Positions 9,804 through 20,800 of a stretch of 64,000 bases of DNA are shown here, piece by piece. The notes below the pieces were generated by a model, which worked only from the letters and a program-made list of their open reading frames with translations, was not told the origin of the DNA and searched no databases. The stretch spans positions 1,164 through 65,163 of the forward strand of contig DAICZN010000071.1 in assembly GCA_027311105.1 (NCBI GenBank). The letters are read 5' to 3'. The translations under genes and the position numbers were made by a program. Source of the stretch: Gallionella sp. (GTDB taxonomy: Bacteria; Pseudomonadota; Gammaproteobacteria; Burkholderiales; Gallionellaceae). Every line of letters begins with the position of its first letter. The first letter of the stretch is position 1.

Positions 9804-11942
9804 ATGAGAGTTATATTTGTTTTTATCTGGGTGCTGCTGCTTTCTGCCTGTGACGGCGGGTTGTGGAACGATCCCTATCCGGCGGCTGACAATGGCAAGT
9901 CCATTTTTTATACCGCGTTCACCGAACGTCCCAAGCATCTGGATCCGGCACAGGCATATAGCGAAAACGAGTACGAGTTTCTCGCGCAGATCTACGCGCC
10001 GCCATTGCAATATCATTATCTGAAACGCCCTTACCAGCTGGTGCCGCTGGCGGCAAGCGCGATGCCGACGGTGCATTATCTGGACAAGCACCGCCGGCCG
10101 TTGCCGGACACTGCGCCCGCGAACAAGGTCGCCTACAGCGTATATGAAATCCATATCAAGCCCGGCATGCGCTACCAGCCGCACCCGGCATTTGCGCGGG
10201 ATGCGCAAGGCAAGCTGGAGTATGACCACCTCACGGCGCATGATCTGAGCGGTATCCATGCATTGGGCGACTTTCCCCACAGCGGCACACGCACCGTTAC
10301 GGCAGCGGATTATGCATACCAGGTCAAGCGCCTTGCCCATCCGCTGCTGCAATTGCCGATTTTCGGCGTGATGAGCGAATATATCGTCGGCCTGAAAGAC
10401 TATGCATCCACCCTGCAGCAGGCGGTGAAAAAAAATCCCGGCGCGTTTCTCGACCTGAACAAATATCCCTTGCCCGGCGTGCAGGTGGTGGACGATCTTA
10501 CTTACCGCATCGAGATCATCGGCAAATATCCGCAGTTTGCATACTGGCTGGCGATGCCGTTCTTTGCGCCCATGCCGGAGGAGGCCGAGCGCTTCTACGC
10601 TCAGGATGGCATGCGTGAACGAAACCTGATTCTGGATTGGTGGCCGGTGGGCAGCGGGCCCTATTACCTGTCGGAAAATAATCCCAACCGGCGCATGGTT
10701 ATGACGCGCAACCCGTATTACGACAGCGAGACCTACCCCGCCGAAGGAGATGCAGGCGATGCCGCCGCCGGCCTGCTGGCGGACGCGGGCAAACCACTGC
10801 CGATGATCGACCAGATCGTATTCACGCTTGAGAAGGAAACCATCCCCTACTGGAACAAATTCCTGCAAGGCTATTACGATGCCTCGGGGATCAGTTCGGA
10901 CAGCTTCGACCAGGCGGTGCAGATGAGTGTCGGCGGTGAGGCAACGGTGACCGATGCGATGAAGGCGCAGGGTATCAGGTTGTCTACCTCGATTGCGACT
11001 TCAACCATGTATACCGGCTTCAACTGGCTTGATCCGGTTGTGGGTGAGAGCAGCGATAGGGCCCGCAAGCTGCGCCAGGCGATCGCGATCGCGGTGGACT
11101 ACGAGGAGTTCATCTCCATTTTTGCCAACGGGCGCGGCATCGCAGCCCAGTCGCCGATACCCCCCGGCATTTTCGGCTACCGCGACGGCGAGGCAGGGAT
11201 CAACCGCTATGTGTACGACTGGGTGGATGGCGCGCCCAGGCGCAAGTCCGTCGAAACAGCGAAGCGGCTGCTTGCCGAAGCCGGCTATCCAGACGGCGTG
11301 GATGCGCAAACCCACCAGCCGCTGGTGATCAATCTGGATACCACGGCAAGCGGGGCGGGTGACAAGTCGCGGCTGGACTGGCTGCGCAAGCAATTCGCCA
11401 AGATCAACGTGCAGCTGGTGGCGCGCAGCACCGACTACAACCGTTTTCAGGACAAGGTGCGCAAGGGCGATACACAGATGTTCTACTACGGATGGAATGC
11501 CGACTATCCCGACCCGGAAAATTTCCTGTTCCTGTTGGATAGCGCGCAAGCCAAGGTGGGCAAGGGCGGTGAGAATGCGGCGAATTACAGCAACCCGGAA
11601 TATGACAGGTTGTTTCAGCAAATGAAGAATATGGAAAACAGTCCGGCACGCCAGGCGATCATCGACCGCATGCTGGAAATCGTGCGCCGCGACTCGCCGT
11701 GGCTGTGGGGTTACCATCCGAAAAATTATGTGCTGCAGCAAAGCTGGCTGAGCAATGTCAAGGCCAACGTGATGGCCAACAACAAGCTGAAATACTGGCG
11801 CGTGGATGCCGGACGGCGCGATGTGCTGCGCCGCGCGTGGAATCAGCCCGTGCTCTGGCCGCTGTGGATGGGGGGCGGGGCGGTGCTGTTGTTCGGGGTT
11901 TGGTTGTGGCGCATGTTGCGTCTGCGCGAGGAAGCAAAATGA
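9804..11942 (+). CDS. Peptide/nickel-type ABC transporter substrate-binding lipoprotein (family 5)
   Basis: LLSAC lipobox, KHLDPA, PVGSGPY, GWNADYPDPENF; C-terminal TM helix. Confidence 0.88.
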   Translation: MRVIFVFIWVLLLSACDGGLWNDPYPAADNGKSIFYTAFTERPKHLDPAQAYSENEYEFLAQIYAPPLQYHYLKRPYQLVPLAASAMPTVHYLDKHRRPLPDTAPANKVAYSVYEIHIKPGMRYQPHPAFARDAQGKLEYDHLTAHDLSGIHALGDFPHSGTRTVTAADYAYQVKRLAHPLLQLPIFGVMSEYIVGLKDYASTLQQAVKKNPGAFLDLNKYPLPGVQVVDDLTYRIEIIGKYPQFAYWLAMPFFAPMPEEAERFYAQDGMRERNLILDWWPVGSGPYYLSENNPNRRMVMTRNPYYDSETYPAEGDAGDAAAGLLADAGKPLPMIDQIVFTLEKETIPYWNKFLQGYYDASGISSDSFDQAVQMSVGGEATVTDAMKAQGIRLSTSIATSTMYTGFNWLDPVVGESSDRARKLRQAIAIAVDYEEFISIFANGRGIAAQSPIPPGIFGYRDGEAGINRYVYDWVDGAPRRKSVETAKRLLAEAGYPDGVDAQTHQPLVINLDTTASGAGDKSRLDWLRKQFAKINVQLVARSTDYNRFQDKVRKGDTQMFYYGWNADYPDPENFLFLLDSAQAKVGKGGENAANYSNPEYDRLFQQMKNMENSPARQAIIDRMLEIVRRDSPWLWGYHPKNYVLQQSWLSNVKANVMANNKLKYWRVDAGRRDVLRRAWNQPVLWPLWMGGGAVLLFGVWLWRMLRLREEAK

Positions 11943-12060
11943 TTTTTGGCGGGGACGGCTGAACAGCCGGCAGCGTAAGGTGTATTGCTTATGCGGTTCT
12001 GCAGCCGCAAACAAACACGCCACCGTCAGGTGGCGTTGTGTTGCGCATTCCGAGGCGGAA

Positions 12061-12249
12061 TTATTCCTTTTCGCCGCCGTGCGAAAGTTCCGGGGTGTTC
12101 ATCATGTTGCCAGCGGCCAACCCGATAAGGGCGATGCTTACGAATACACAAATGATGCCCAGTGTATGGTTAAACACAAACCCGCCCAGCAGCCACAAGA
12201 CCACAGAAACGGCTACCGACAATACAAGTGTGCGTGTTTTGGAATCCAT
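12061..12249 (-). CDS. Small hypothetical membrane protein (2 TM)
   Basis: 62-aa ORF MDSKTRTLVL..., two hydrophobic helices, AAGG upstream. Confidence 0.6.
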   Translation of the reverse strand: MDSKTRTLVLSVAVSVVLWLLGGFVFNHTLGIICVFVSIALIGLAAGNMMNTPELSHGGEKE

Positions 12250-12541
12250 GAAGAACCTTTCATAATAAAGTGCCAGACCGGCAAACATACCGTGCTGAGC
12301 GAATCATAGCTCATTGCTGAAGAAATGTGTGCGGAAAACGTGAATGAAAAGCCAAAATCAGGATAGACCGGATTATTCCCGCATTGGTGTGGGGTGATCC
12401 CCGGGTACTGCAATACCCGGGCAGCGTGCCTGCAACAAAACGAAGCCTGCAACCGGATGACGTGCCCCGGGTTCGTTGGCCGGGCTGGCGCAATCCGGCC
12501 GACTTTACACAAGCAGTTTCGATTGATATGCTCATTCCAGG

Positions 12542-12557
12542 TCAAACGCTCGTTTGA
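12542..12557. promoter_or_regulatory. Palindromic operator upstream of yceI-family gene (TetR/PsrA-type box)
   Basis: TCAAACG-CT-CGTTTGA perfect 7-bp arms, fits CAAAC-N4-GTTTG. Confidence 0.55.
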
Positions 12558-12578
12558 TTTTATGTTACCTCGAAAGGA

Positions 12579-13154
12579 ATGACCATGCGCAAGTTCGTAC
12601 CTGCTGTTTTCGCCATCTGTGCCGCCCTCCCGATTAATGCCATGGCTGCCGACAGCTACACGATAGATCCGTTTCATACCTTCCCGAATTTCAGCATCAA
12701 CCACCTGGGCTTTTCCACGATGCACGGCCGGTTCGACAAGACCAGCGGCAAAATAACGCTGGACCGTGCGGCAAAGAATGGGTCGATAGAGGTGGCCATT
12801 GCAACCGACTCGGTCACCACAGGATATGTAAAGCGCGACGAACACCTGCGCTCGCCGGATTTTTTCAACGCGGCAGAATTCCCCAGCATTACCTACAAAT
12901 CCACCGCAATACACTTCAAGGGTGACGTGCCTTCCAGCGTGGACGGCAACCTGACCATTTCGGGAGTCACCAGGCCGGTCACCCTGAAGATAGAAGAATT
13001 CAATTGCGGCACCAATCCGATGAACCAGAAAGCCGAATGCGGCGCCGCAGCCACCGCGCAAATCAAGCGTTCCGATTTCGGCGTGAAATACGGGCTGCCC
13101 AACATCGGCGACGATGTGAAGCTGGTGTTCGAGATCGAGGCGATCAAGGACTGA
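12579..13154 (+). CDS. YceI family periplasmic polyisoprenoid-binding protein
   Basis: YTIDPFH, HLGFS, RDEHLRSPDFF, IKRSDFG. Confidence 0.92.
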   Translation: MTMRKFVPAVFAICAALPINAMAADSYTIDPFHTFPNFSINHLGFSTMHGRFDKTSGKITLDRAAKNGSIEVAIATDSVTTGYVKRDEHLRSPDFFNAAEFPSITYKSTAIHFKGDVPSSVDGNLTISGVTRPVTLKIEEFNCGTNPMNQKAECGAAATAQIKRSDFGVKYGLPNIGDDVKLVFEIEAIKD

Positions 13155-13223
13155 TTCAATCGAGTTGCAAAAAGAATTTGTTGAGCATTCTGAATTTCGC
13201 AAGTATCCATTTGGGGATGCCGG

Positions 13224-13592
13224 GTGCTTAAAGCAACGATATTTATATGGCTATCAGTCGTGATCGGAACAGCTCATGCCGCACCCCAGCTCACGCTGGG
13301 GGCATCGGATAATTACTGCGTGGTGACATGTTATGTCAGGATACCCTTCATCCTCACCGGCTATGAATCCACACGGAATATCGGGATGGTTTACTGCGAT
13401 GTCGATGTTGAACTGAAATCGATAATGGCCGCCTACGATGGGCATGTGGGATCAAAAGATCTGCTGCAGTCACCCATAGGTGTTTTCAAAAATACTCCGG
13501 GAACGATCAAAGGCGAAGTTCAAGTGGATACCGGCATCAGCAAAAAGAACTTCCTTGACGCCAAGGTCAAGACTGCCACTTGCCACCTGTAG
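13224..13592 (+). CDS. Hypothetical exported protein with 4 Cys
   Basis: Signal peptide ending AHA, clean ORF co-directional with yceI; no family recognised. Confidence 0.6.
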   Translation: MLKATIFIWLSVVIGTAHAAPQLTLGASDNYCVVTCYVRIPFILTGYESTRNIGMVYCDVDVELKSIMAAYDGHVGSKDLLQSPIGVFKNTPGTIKGEVQVDTGISKKNFLDAKVKTATCHL

Positions 13593-13985
13593 CTGAAGCT
13601 GAACGTCAGCCACCCCGCAAGCCGGAGCCAGTTACCTTCGTGCATTCGGTGGCTTATTAATTGGATCGAAAGTTGGCTATTGTGACCGGTGAATCCGCTG
13701 CCAATAGCGGCCGCTTAAGCTTGATATTCGAGATGCGCAATGGGTTGGCCAGTCAATCCAAAACTTTCATAAATTCTGGTTGGTTGCCAACATGAGGATG
13801 GTAAAACCACATATGCGATATAGTTGGCGGACTATCACAATTGATGACATCATTTCCTGCCTCGGCGTATCCTGTTGCGAGGAAAGTCGTGTAAGCAGTC
13901 ATTGGGCAGAAAGCTACCGCACTCCTTGAGAGGAGTCACGGGGGTCGTTAAAAAGGCACTTTCAACAATCGAAGTGAGGGGGATT

Positions 13986-15614
13986 ATGGCCATTAGCTTC
14001 AAGGATGCGTTCGCAAACAATTCCAAAATCCTGAGATCGAAGGCTTCCAAGCCTTCCATACAGGCAGTCTCCGTCGCGATTGCCGCCGCGGTGGCCGCCA
14101 CCTTGTTGGTGAGCTATACGCAATTCCAGAGTATTACCCCTGAGGGGATTGTCCACGCCCAAACCAAAAATGTGGTGCTGTGGATTCTGGATGCGCTACC
14201 TTTCCTCTTTGGCTATGTTGGGCAGTACTCGAGTTACGTCATGTCGCAGGAAGCAAACCTGATGGTCCTGGAACAGACGGAGGAGTTGCGCCAGAAGGCC
14301 AAAGAGCTGGAGAAGCAGGTCGCATTTTCAGCCACGCACGACACGCTGACCGGGTTGCCCAATCGCGCCCTGTTTTATGACCGCTTGGAGCAGTCTCTTC
14401 GTCATCCCCGTGAAAAGAAGCTGGGCCTCACGGTGCTGATGTTGAGCATAGAAAACCAGAAGGAAATTGAGAGCACGCTCGGCCTGACCAGTACCGACCT
14501 TATCGTCAAGCAACTCTCCACCAGGCTTGCAAGCTGGTCCGGCACCGAAGACAGCGTCGCCCGCATGGATACCCACAGTTTCGCCATACTCTTGGGCGAT
14601 TGCGCCGACCGCACCAGTGCGGAACAAGCTGCCCGCAACCTCGTCAAGGCAATCGAGCCCCATTTTGTCATCAATAAGCTGAGGCTTACGCTGCAACCCT
14701 GCATTGGCATCGTGCTATCCCCGGAGCATGGGGACGATGCCGATACACTCTTGCAGCGAGCGGGCGTTGCCCAGTTTTTCGCCACCCAATCCGTATCCGG
14801 ATTCAGCGTCTACTCACCCAACATGGACGAGCACAGCCCCCGGCGGCTGACCCTCATCGGCGAGTTGAAGCGCGCGCTGGAACGCGATGAACTATACCTT
14901 TATTTTCAGCCCAAGATTGATCTGGTCAGCAATTCAGTCGTTGGCGTGGAGGCACTGGTTCGCTGGGAGCATGCGCAACACGGCTTTATCCTGCCGGAGG
15001 AATTCATCGGCCTGGCGGAACATCAACGCATGATTCAGCCTCTCAGCATGTGGGTTATTGAACGTGCGTTCCTAAATTGTGCGGGCTGGCATCAGGCAGG
15101 GATAGGGCTGAAGGTTTCGATCAACCTTTCTAGCAAAGACCTGCTTGACCCGGAATTGCCCGACCAAATCGCCGGCTTGGCCGCGAAAACAGGAGTTCAG
15201 CCCGAATGGATAGTCTTCGAAATCACCGAAAGCAGCATTATGGGAGACCCGGCAAGGGTGTTGATCATCCTCGAACGACTGCGCGCCATGGGCTACCAGT
15301 TTGCGATTGACGATTTCGGGACGGGTTATTCCTCCATGGCTTACCTGAAAAAACTGCCACTGTCGGAACTGAAGATAGACAAGTCTTTCGTCATGGATAT
15401 GCTGTCCAGTGAAAACGATGCCATCATCGTTCGTGCAATCGTGGACCTGGCGCATAATCTGGGATTTACCGTGACTGCCGAAGGTATCGAGAACATCGAG
15501 ACCATGAACATGCTGAAAAGCATGGGTTGCGACATCGGGCAGGGTTTCCTGTTTAGCGAGGCCATACCCAGGGTTAATCTGGAAAAATGGCTGTCGAACT
15601 GGACTGTGGCCTGA
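13986..15614 (+). CDS. Membrane-anchored GGDEF(degenerate)-EAL protein, probable c-di-GMP phosphodiesterase
   Basis: HDTLTGLPNR, GGDEF site replaced by RMDTHSF, intact EALVRW and DDFGTGYSS; GAGGGGG RBS. Confidence 0.9.
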   Translation: MAISFKDAFANNSKILRSKASKPSIQAVSVAIAAAVAATLLVSYTQFQSITPEGIVHAQTKNVVLWILDALPFLFGYVGQYSSYVMSQEANLMVLEQTEELRQKAKELEKQVAFSATHDTLTGLPNRALFYDRLEQSLRHPREKKLGLTVLMLSIENQKEIESTLGLTSTDLIVKQLSTRLASWSGTEDSVARMDTHSFAILLGDCADRTSAEQAARNLVKAIEPHFVINKLRLTLQPCIGIVLSPEHGDDADTLLQRAGVAQFFATQSVSGFSVYSPNMDEHSPRRLTLIGELKRALERDELYLYFQPKIDLVSNSVVGVEALVRWEHAQHGFILPEEFIGLAEHQRMIQPLSMWVIERAFLNCAGWHQAGIGLKVSINLSSKDLLDPELPDQIAGLAAKTGVQPEWIVFEITESSIMGDPARVLIILERLRAMGYQFAIDDFGTGYSSMAYLKKLPLSELKIDKSFVMDMLSSENDAIIVRAIVDLAHNLGFTVTAEGIENIETMNMLKSMGCDIGQGFLFSEAIPRVNLEKWLSNWTVA

Positions 15615-15819
15615 ACAACCTGGATTTGCATGTCTACGAACATTTATTTAAAGATGTTGGCTTGGCCGGTTGAATGAAATATCAGTCGACAGCTGACTAC
15701 CGCAAGAGGTGGCAAGTACAGGAAATCCTTGGAGTACTATTGATAGCTCCAGGCATTTCCTGCCAGTAACACACAGCAAGTTCATCACGACTGACTTTAT
15801 TTTTCATATCATCCGTGAA

Positions 15820-17022
15820 TCACCAGCCCGACTCGCGTTCCGGTGTTGCCGAGATTTTATGCACGCTCAGGTCGGTGCCGTTGAATTCTTCCTCGGCGCT
15901 CAAGCGTATCCCGACCAGTTTTTTCAACACGCCATAGACCAGATAGCCGCCGGCAAAAGCGATCACCACGCCCAGCAATGTGCCGCACAGCTGCGACATG
16001 AAGCTCACGCCGCCCCGGCCGCCCAGTGCCTTGAGGCCGAATATTCCCGCGGCTATTCCGCCCCATGCGCCGCACAAGCCGTGCAGCGGCCACACGCCTA
16101 GCACGTCGTCGATCTTCCAGCGGTTTTGCGTCAGCGTGAACATCACCACGAACAAGGCTCCCGCCACTCCGCCGACGAACAACGCGCCGATCGGGTGCAT
16201 CAGGTCGGAGCCCGCGCATATCGCCACCAAGCCCGCCAACGGGCCGTTGTGCACGAAGCCCGGGTCGTTCTTGCCCATCCACAGCGCAGCCAACGTGCCG
16301 CCCACCATCGCCATCAGCGAATTCACCGCGACCAGTCCGCTGATCTTGCTGATCTCCTGCGCCGACATGACATTAAAACCGAACAAGCCCACCGTGAGTA
16401 TCCACGCGCCCAGCGCGAGGAACGGGATGCTGGAGGGCGGATGCGCCGAGATGCGCCCGTCATTGTCATAGCGGCCGCGCCGCGCGCCGAGCAGCAGCAC
16501 GGCGGCCAGGCCGATCCAGCCGCCTACTGCATGTACCACCACCGAGCCGGCGAAATCGTGGAATTCGGCGCCGAATGTCGCTTGAAGCCAATTCTGAAAA
16601 CCAAGGCGGTGATTCCACGCGATGCCTTCAAAGAACGGATAGACGAAACCGACCAGCATGAAAGTCGCGGCCATTTGCGGGTTGAATTTTGCGCGCTCGG
16701 CGATGCCGCCGGAAACGATGGCCGGAATCGCGGCGGCAAAAGTCAGCAGGAAGAAGAATTTGACCAGTTCATAGCCGCTCTTCTGCGCGAGTTCCTCCGC
16801 GCCGGTGAAAAAGTTCACGCCGTACGCGATGACATAGCCGATAAAAAAATACGCCAGCGTGGACACCGCGAAATCGGTCAATATCTTGACCAGCGCATTC
16901 ACCTGGTTCTTCTTGCGCACCGTGCCCAGCTCCAGAAAGGCGAACCCCGCGTGCATGGCCAGCACCATGATAGCGCCGAGCAAAATGAACAAGGCGTCGC
17001 TGCTGATTTTCAGATTTTCCAA
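15820..17022 (-). CDS. Ammonium transporter (Amt family)
   Basis: DFAGSVVVH and twin-His WPLHG, about 11 TM. Confidence 0.93.
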   Translation of the reverse strand: MENLKISSDALFILLGAIMVLAMHAGFAFLELGTVRKKNQVNALVKILTDFAVSTLAYFFIGYVIAYGVNFFTGAEELAQKSGYELVKFFFLLTFAAAIPAIVSGGIAERAKFNPQMAATFMLVGFVYPFFEGIAWNHRLGFQNWLQATFGAEFHDFAGSVVVHAVGGWIGLAAVLLLGARRGRYDNDGRISAHPPSSIPFLALGAWILTVGLFGFNVMSAQEISKISGLVAVNSLMAMVGGTLAALWMGKNDPGFVHNGPLAGLVAICAGSDLMHPIGALFVGGVAGALFVVMFTLTQNRWKIDDVLGVWPLHGLCGAWGGIAAGIFGLKALGGRGGVSFMSQLCGTLLGVVIAFAGGYLVYGVLKKLVGIRLSAEEEFNGTDLSVHKISATPERESGW

Positions 17023-17201
17023 ATTACTTCTCCCCTTGGTTGTGTGTCGTCGCCCGTAGGCAAGACCGGTTTAATCCTGCCGGGCGACATGTGGTTGCAG
17101 ATTGCGAAATATGCCGCTGACTGCCATTAAAGTTTCAATAAATCCGGTATGTTGTCTTTTCGCGGTTCAATAATGCAGCATGGCACAGGGAGCTTGCACG
17201 A

Positions 17202-17747
17202 TCAGGCTTTCCAGCCATTGAGATATTTCTCCAGCCAGAATAAACCCACTATGGTTTTGCTCTCGTTGATCTTGCCCAGTCTTATCCACTCCAGCGCTTC
17301 CGCCAGTGACAACTCGAAAACCTCGAGGAATTCGCCGTCATCCAGCTTGCGTCCCAGGTGCGAAAGCCCGCGCGCGAGAAAATATTCCATGCGTTCGTCC
17401 GCGTAACCGATGCACGGCCATGCCGTGGTGAGGTGGATCCATTCGCCGGCGACGTAGCCGGTTTCTTCCAGCAGTTCGCGCTTTGCACAATCCAGGATGT
17501 CTTCACCGGGGTCGATTTTCCCCGCGGGCAATTCTATGAACTCGCGCTGCGGCGCGTAGCGAAATTGCCGTTCCATCACCAGCTTGCCATTATCCAGAAG
17601 CGCCAGCACGGCTACCGCGCCGGGGTGGTTGATGTACTCACGGCTGCCGGTTTTTCCGTCCGGCAGGCGTATCCTGTCCTTGCGCACCTGGATAAAATCG
17701 CCCTGATACACCAGTTCGGTATCCAGGCAGGTTTCTTTCAGTTCCAT
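17202..17747 (-). CDS. NUDIX hydrolase (ADP-ribose pyrophosphatase-like)
   Basis: HPGAV, ELPAG, AKRELLEETGY Nudix box. Confidence 0.9.
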   Translation of the reverse strand: MELKETCLDTELVYQGDFIQVRKDRIRLPDGKTGSREYINHPGAVAVLALLDNGKLVMERQFRYAPQREFIELPAGKIDPGEDILDCAKRELLEETGYVAGEWIHLTTAWPCIGYADERMEYFLARGLSHLGRKLDDGEFLEVFELSLAEALEWIRLGKINESKTIVGLFWLEKYLNGWKA

Positions 17748-17879
17748 TTGATTTCCAGCATTCCAACTGCTCCCCGTTTCAATTTTTACAGGTTCCATCA
17801 ACTGCGTATTTTGACACGTTTGCCGCAATTGTTCGGCAGGCAAACAAAACCTTCAGCACAGGCGGGAGTGATGGCCGGA

Positions 17880-20800
17880 CTATGCCACTGCGTCGTCCCG
17901 AAGTTTCAGGCGGACCAGGCAGCGGTCTATCCATTGCGAGGTCAATTTTTCCTGTACCGAATTTTGCCGCAACCTGGCTTTCAGTCCGGGGAAGTCGACG
18001 CGATCCAGCGCCTGATCCTGGTTGAAGCAGGAAAAGACGTAAGTGGTCTTGCCGGTCTCCGGATCGGTCTGTGCCTGCAGGCACTGGGCGCAGATCTCTT
18101 TCATCATGCACTGCATCGGTGAATTGATCGAACCTATCGCGAAGTGATGCGGCTTCAAATGGGGCTTCAACACCCCGTGGCGTGCTGCCGCCACCGCCGC
18201 CATCATGCTGTCGGAGCCGATGGCGATGATGCGGTCGGTGGCGGCAAACGGAATTGTTTGCAAGCCCAGCCCGCCGCGCGCATAGGCCGTCATCGCCTGG
18301 ACGATGTTGCCGGCGAAGCTGCGATCCTGGTTCCTTGTCGCGGCAAAGCCGGGCGCCTCGTCGCAACACCAGATCACCACATCGGCGGCGTTTTCTATCT
18401 CGGCCACCTTGTACCGGTCTATGGCTTTTTTGTAGCCGGCAAAATAGAGCACCTTCGATCCGGCCGCGCGCAATGCCTGGCCGATCGAGAACAGCACGGC
18501 ATTGCCCAGTCCGCCACCGACCAGCATCACGGTTTCATCGCCGGGGATCTCGGTGGGCGTGCCGGTCGGCCCCATCAATACCACGGGTTCGCCGGGTTTG
18601 AGCATCGCGCACAAATCGGCCGAGCCGCCCATTTCCAGCACGATGGTGGAAATGAGTCCCTGTTGTGGGTCGACCCAGGCTCCTGTCAGCGCGAGGCCTT
18701 CCATCGCCAGGCGGGTGTCGTCTATGGCGAGGGCGCGGGTCTCGTAATTTTGCAGCCGGTAGAATTGCCCCGGGCGAAAATTCCGCGCGGCCAGCGGCGC
18801 TCTGATGATTACTTCGACTATGTTCGGCGTCAATCGGATGACCTTGTGGACGGTGGCACGCAAAGCCTGGTTGATCTCTGCCAGAAATTCTCCATCGGTC
18901 AAGTGTGACGCCGGATGCACCCGCTCCAGCACCGCGCTGACCGAGGGGTAACCCTGTTTCGCCCCGCCCATGGCCTTGACCACATTGCCGAAGAAAGACG
19001 GGTGCAGGTCGCCGAAGAAACTGATGAAACGGCCATCGGCATGCCTGGACAACAGTACCTGCGCAACTTTCGGCTTGGAAGTCGCGGGCTCGGGCCGCAC
19101 CGGGTCGCCGTTTTCATCGCAAGCCTGGAAATAGCGGCCGTCCAGTTTGAAATGTTCCGGGTCTTCGCGTGACAGCACGGTGTTTGGTTGCGTGCCGGCA
19201 GCGATTAAAATGGTGCGTGCAGCAACTTCTGTTTCTGCACCTGCGCTCCAGATGCCGTCCCCGCTGCGCAACTGGGTCGACATCCTGATCGCACACACGG
19301 CAGCGAATTCATCGACCTCGATACGGGTCGGATTCAGTCCCTCGGCAAAATTGATTCCTTCCTCAAGCGCTTTTTCTACTTCCTCGTGGTTCAGCGTATA
19401 TGAGGGGCTGTCGATCAAACGTTTGCGGTAAGCAATCGTGACGCCTCCCCAGCTTTGCAGCATCTCAATTATGTGCGGTTCACGGCCGGTGGCAGCGGCG
19501 CTGCTGCGTTCTGCCTCCAGGGCAAGGGCGTGTTTCAGGAACTCGTCGGCGATCTGCTGTTCCTCGGGTGTCCATGCCTGGCGCACCGCAGATTCGCCTT
19601 TCCCGGCAACCAGTATCCTGTAGCGGTGCAGGAATTTCTCAACCTGTACCGGGTAATAGGCCAGGGACTCTGTGGCTGCGTCTATCGCGGTGAGACCGCC
19701 GCCGATCACGACGACCGGCAAACGTATTTGCAAATTTGCGATGGAATCGGCTTTTGCCGCCCCCGTCAATTGCAGCGCCATCAGGAAATCGGACGCGGTG
19801 CGTACTCCGCGCGCCAGGCCGTTGGGAATATCCAGCACGGTCGGACGGCCCGCGCCGTTGGCCAGGGCGATATGATCGAAGCCGCAGGCGAATGCAGTGT
19901 CCACGGTCAGGGTGCCGCCGAAGCGCACGCCGCCGAACAGCGCAAACTGGCTGCGCCGTTCAAGCAACAGGCGTATCAATTTGAGAAAATTCTTGTCCCA
20001 GCGCACCGTGATGCCGTATTCGGCTACGCCGCCGAAACCGGCCAGCACGCGCTCATCCAGCGCTTCATACAGTTCACTGATGTCCCGGACCGGGGAAAAT
20101 TCCACACGTTCGCCGTTGGCCGCAACACCGCCCAGCTGCGGCGGCAGGGGTTCAATTTTCAAGCCGTCGATACCGACCACGGTATGCCCGTCATTGATCA
20201 AATGATGGGCCAGCGTAAAGCCCGCCGGACCCATCCCGGCAATCAACACACGCCGGCCGCTGGGCGTCTTGGGATAGGGCCGCGTCAGGTGCAGCGGATT
20301 CCATCGCGTAAGCAGACTGTATATCTCAAAGCCCCACGGCAGCTCGAGCACATCCTTGAGCGTGCGCGTCTCCGCCTGCGGGATGTCTACGGGCTGTTGT
20401 TTCTGGTAGATGCACGATTTCATGCAATCGTTGCAGATGCGATGTCCGGTCGCCGCAACCATGGGGTTGTCGATAACAATCATGGCCAAGGCTCCAAGCG
20501 CGTGCCCCTGGGTCTTGACCTTGTGGAACTCGGATATTTTTTCTTCGAGCGGGCATCCGGCCAGTTTTACACCGAAACTGTTTTTCCTGAACGCCGCGGC
20601 CTCGCCGTCTGCGGGCGGTTTTTCCCTGAGCCCTTTGGAGCAGGAGTCCTTGGCCTGCTCGTGACACCAGATGCAGTAATTGGCCTGATCCAGCGCGCCG
20701 CTCAGGTCGGTTCCCGCGTCGGTCAGCGCAAATCCTTCCCGGCGGCGCAGCGCGTGGCCGCCGAGACGGTAGGCGGTAATGCCATCCAGGTTTATTTTGG

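Noticed and set aside
17181-17198. Sigma-54 promoter for amt (TGGCAC...TTGC)
   Set aside because: Spacing is 7 rather than 5 nt and it is on the wrong strand for amt.
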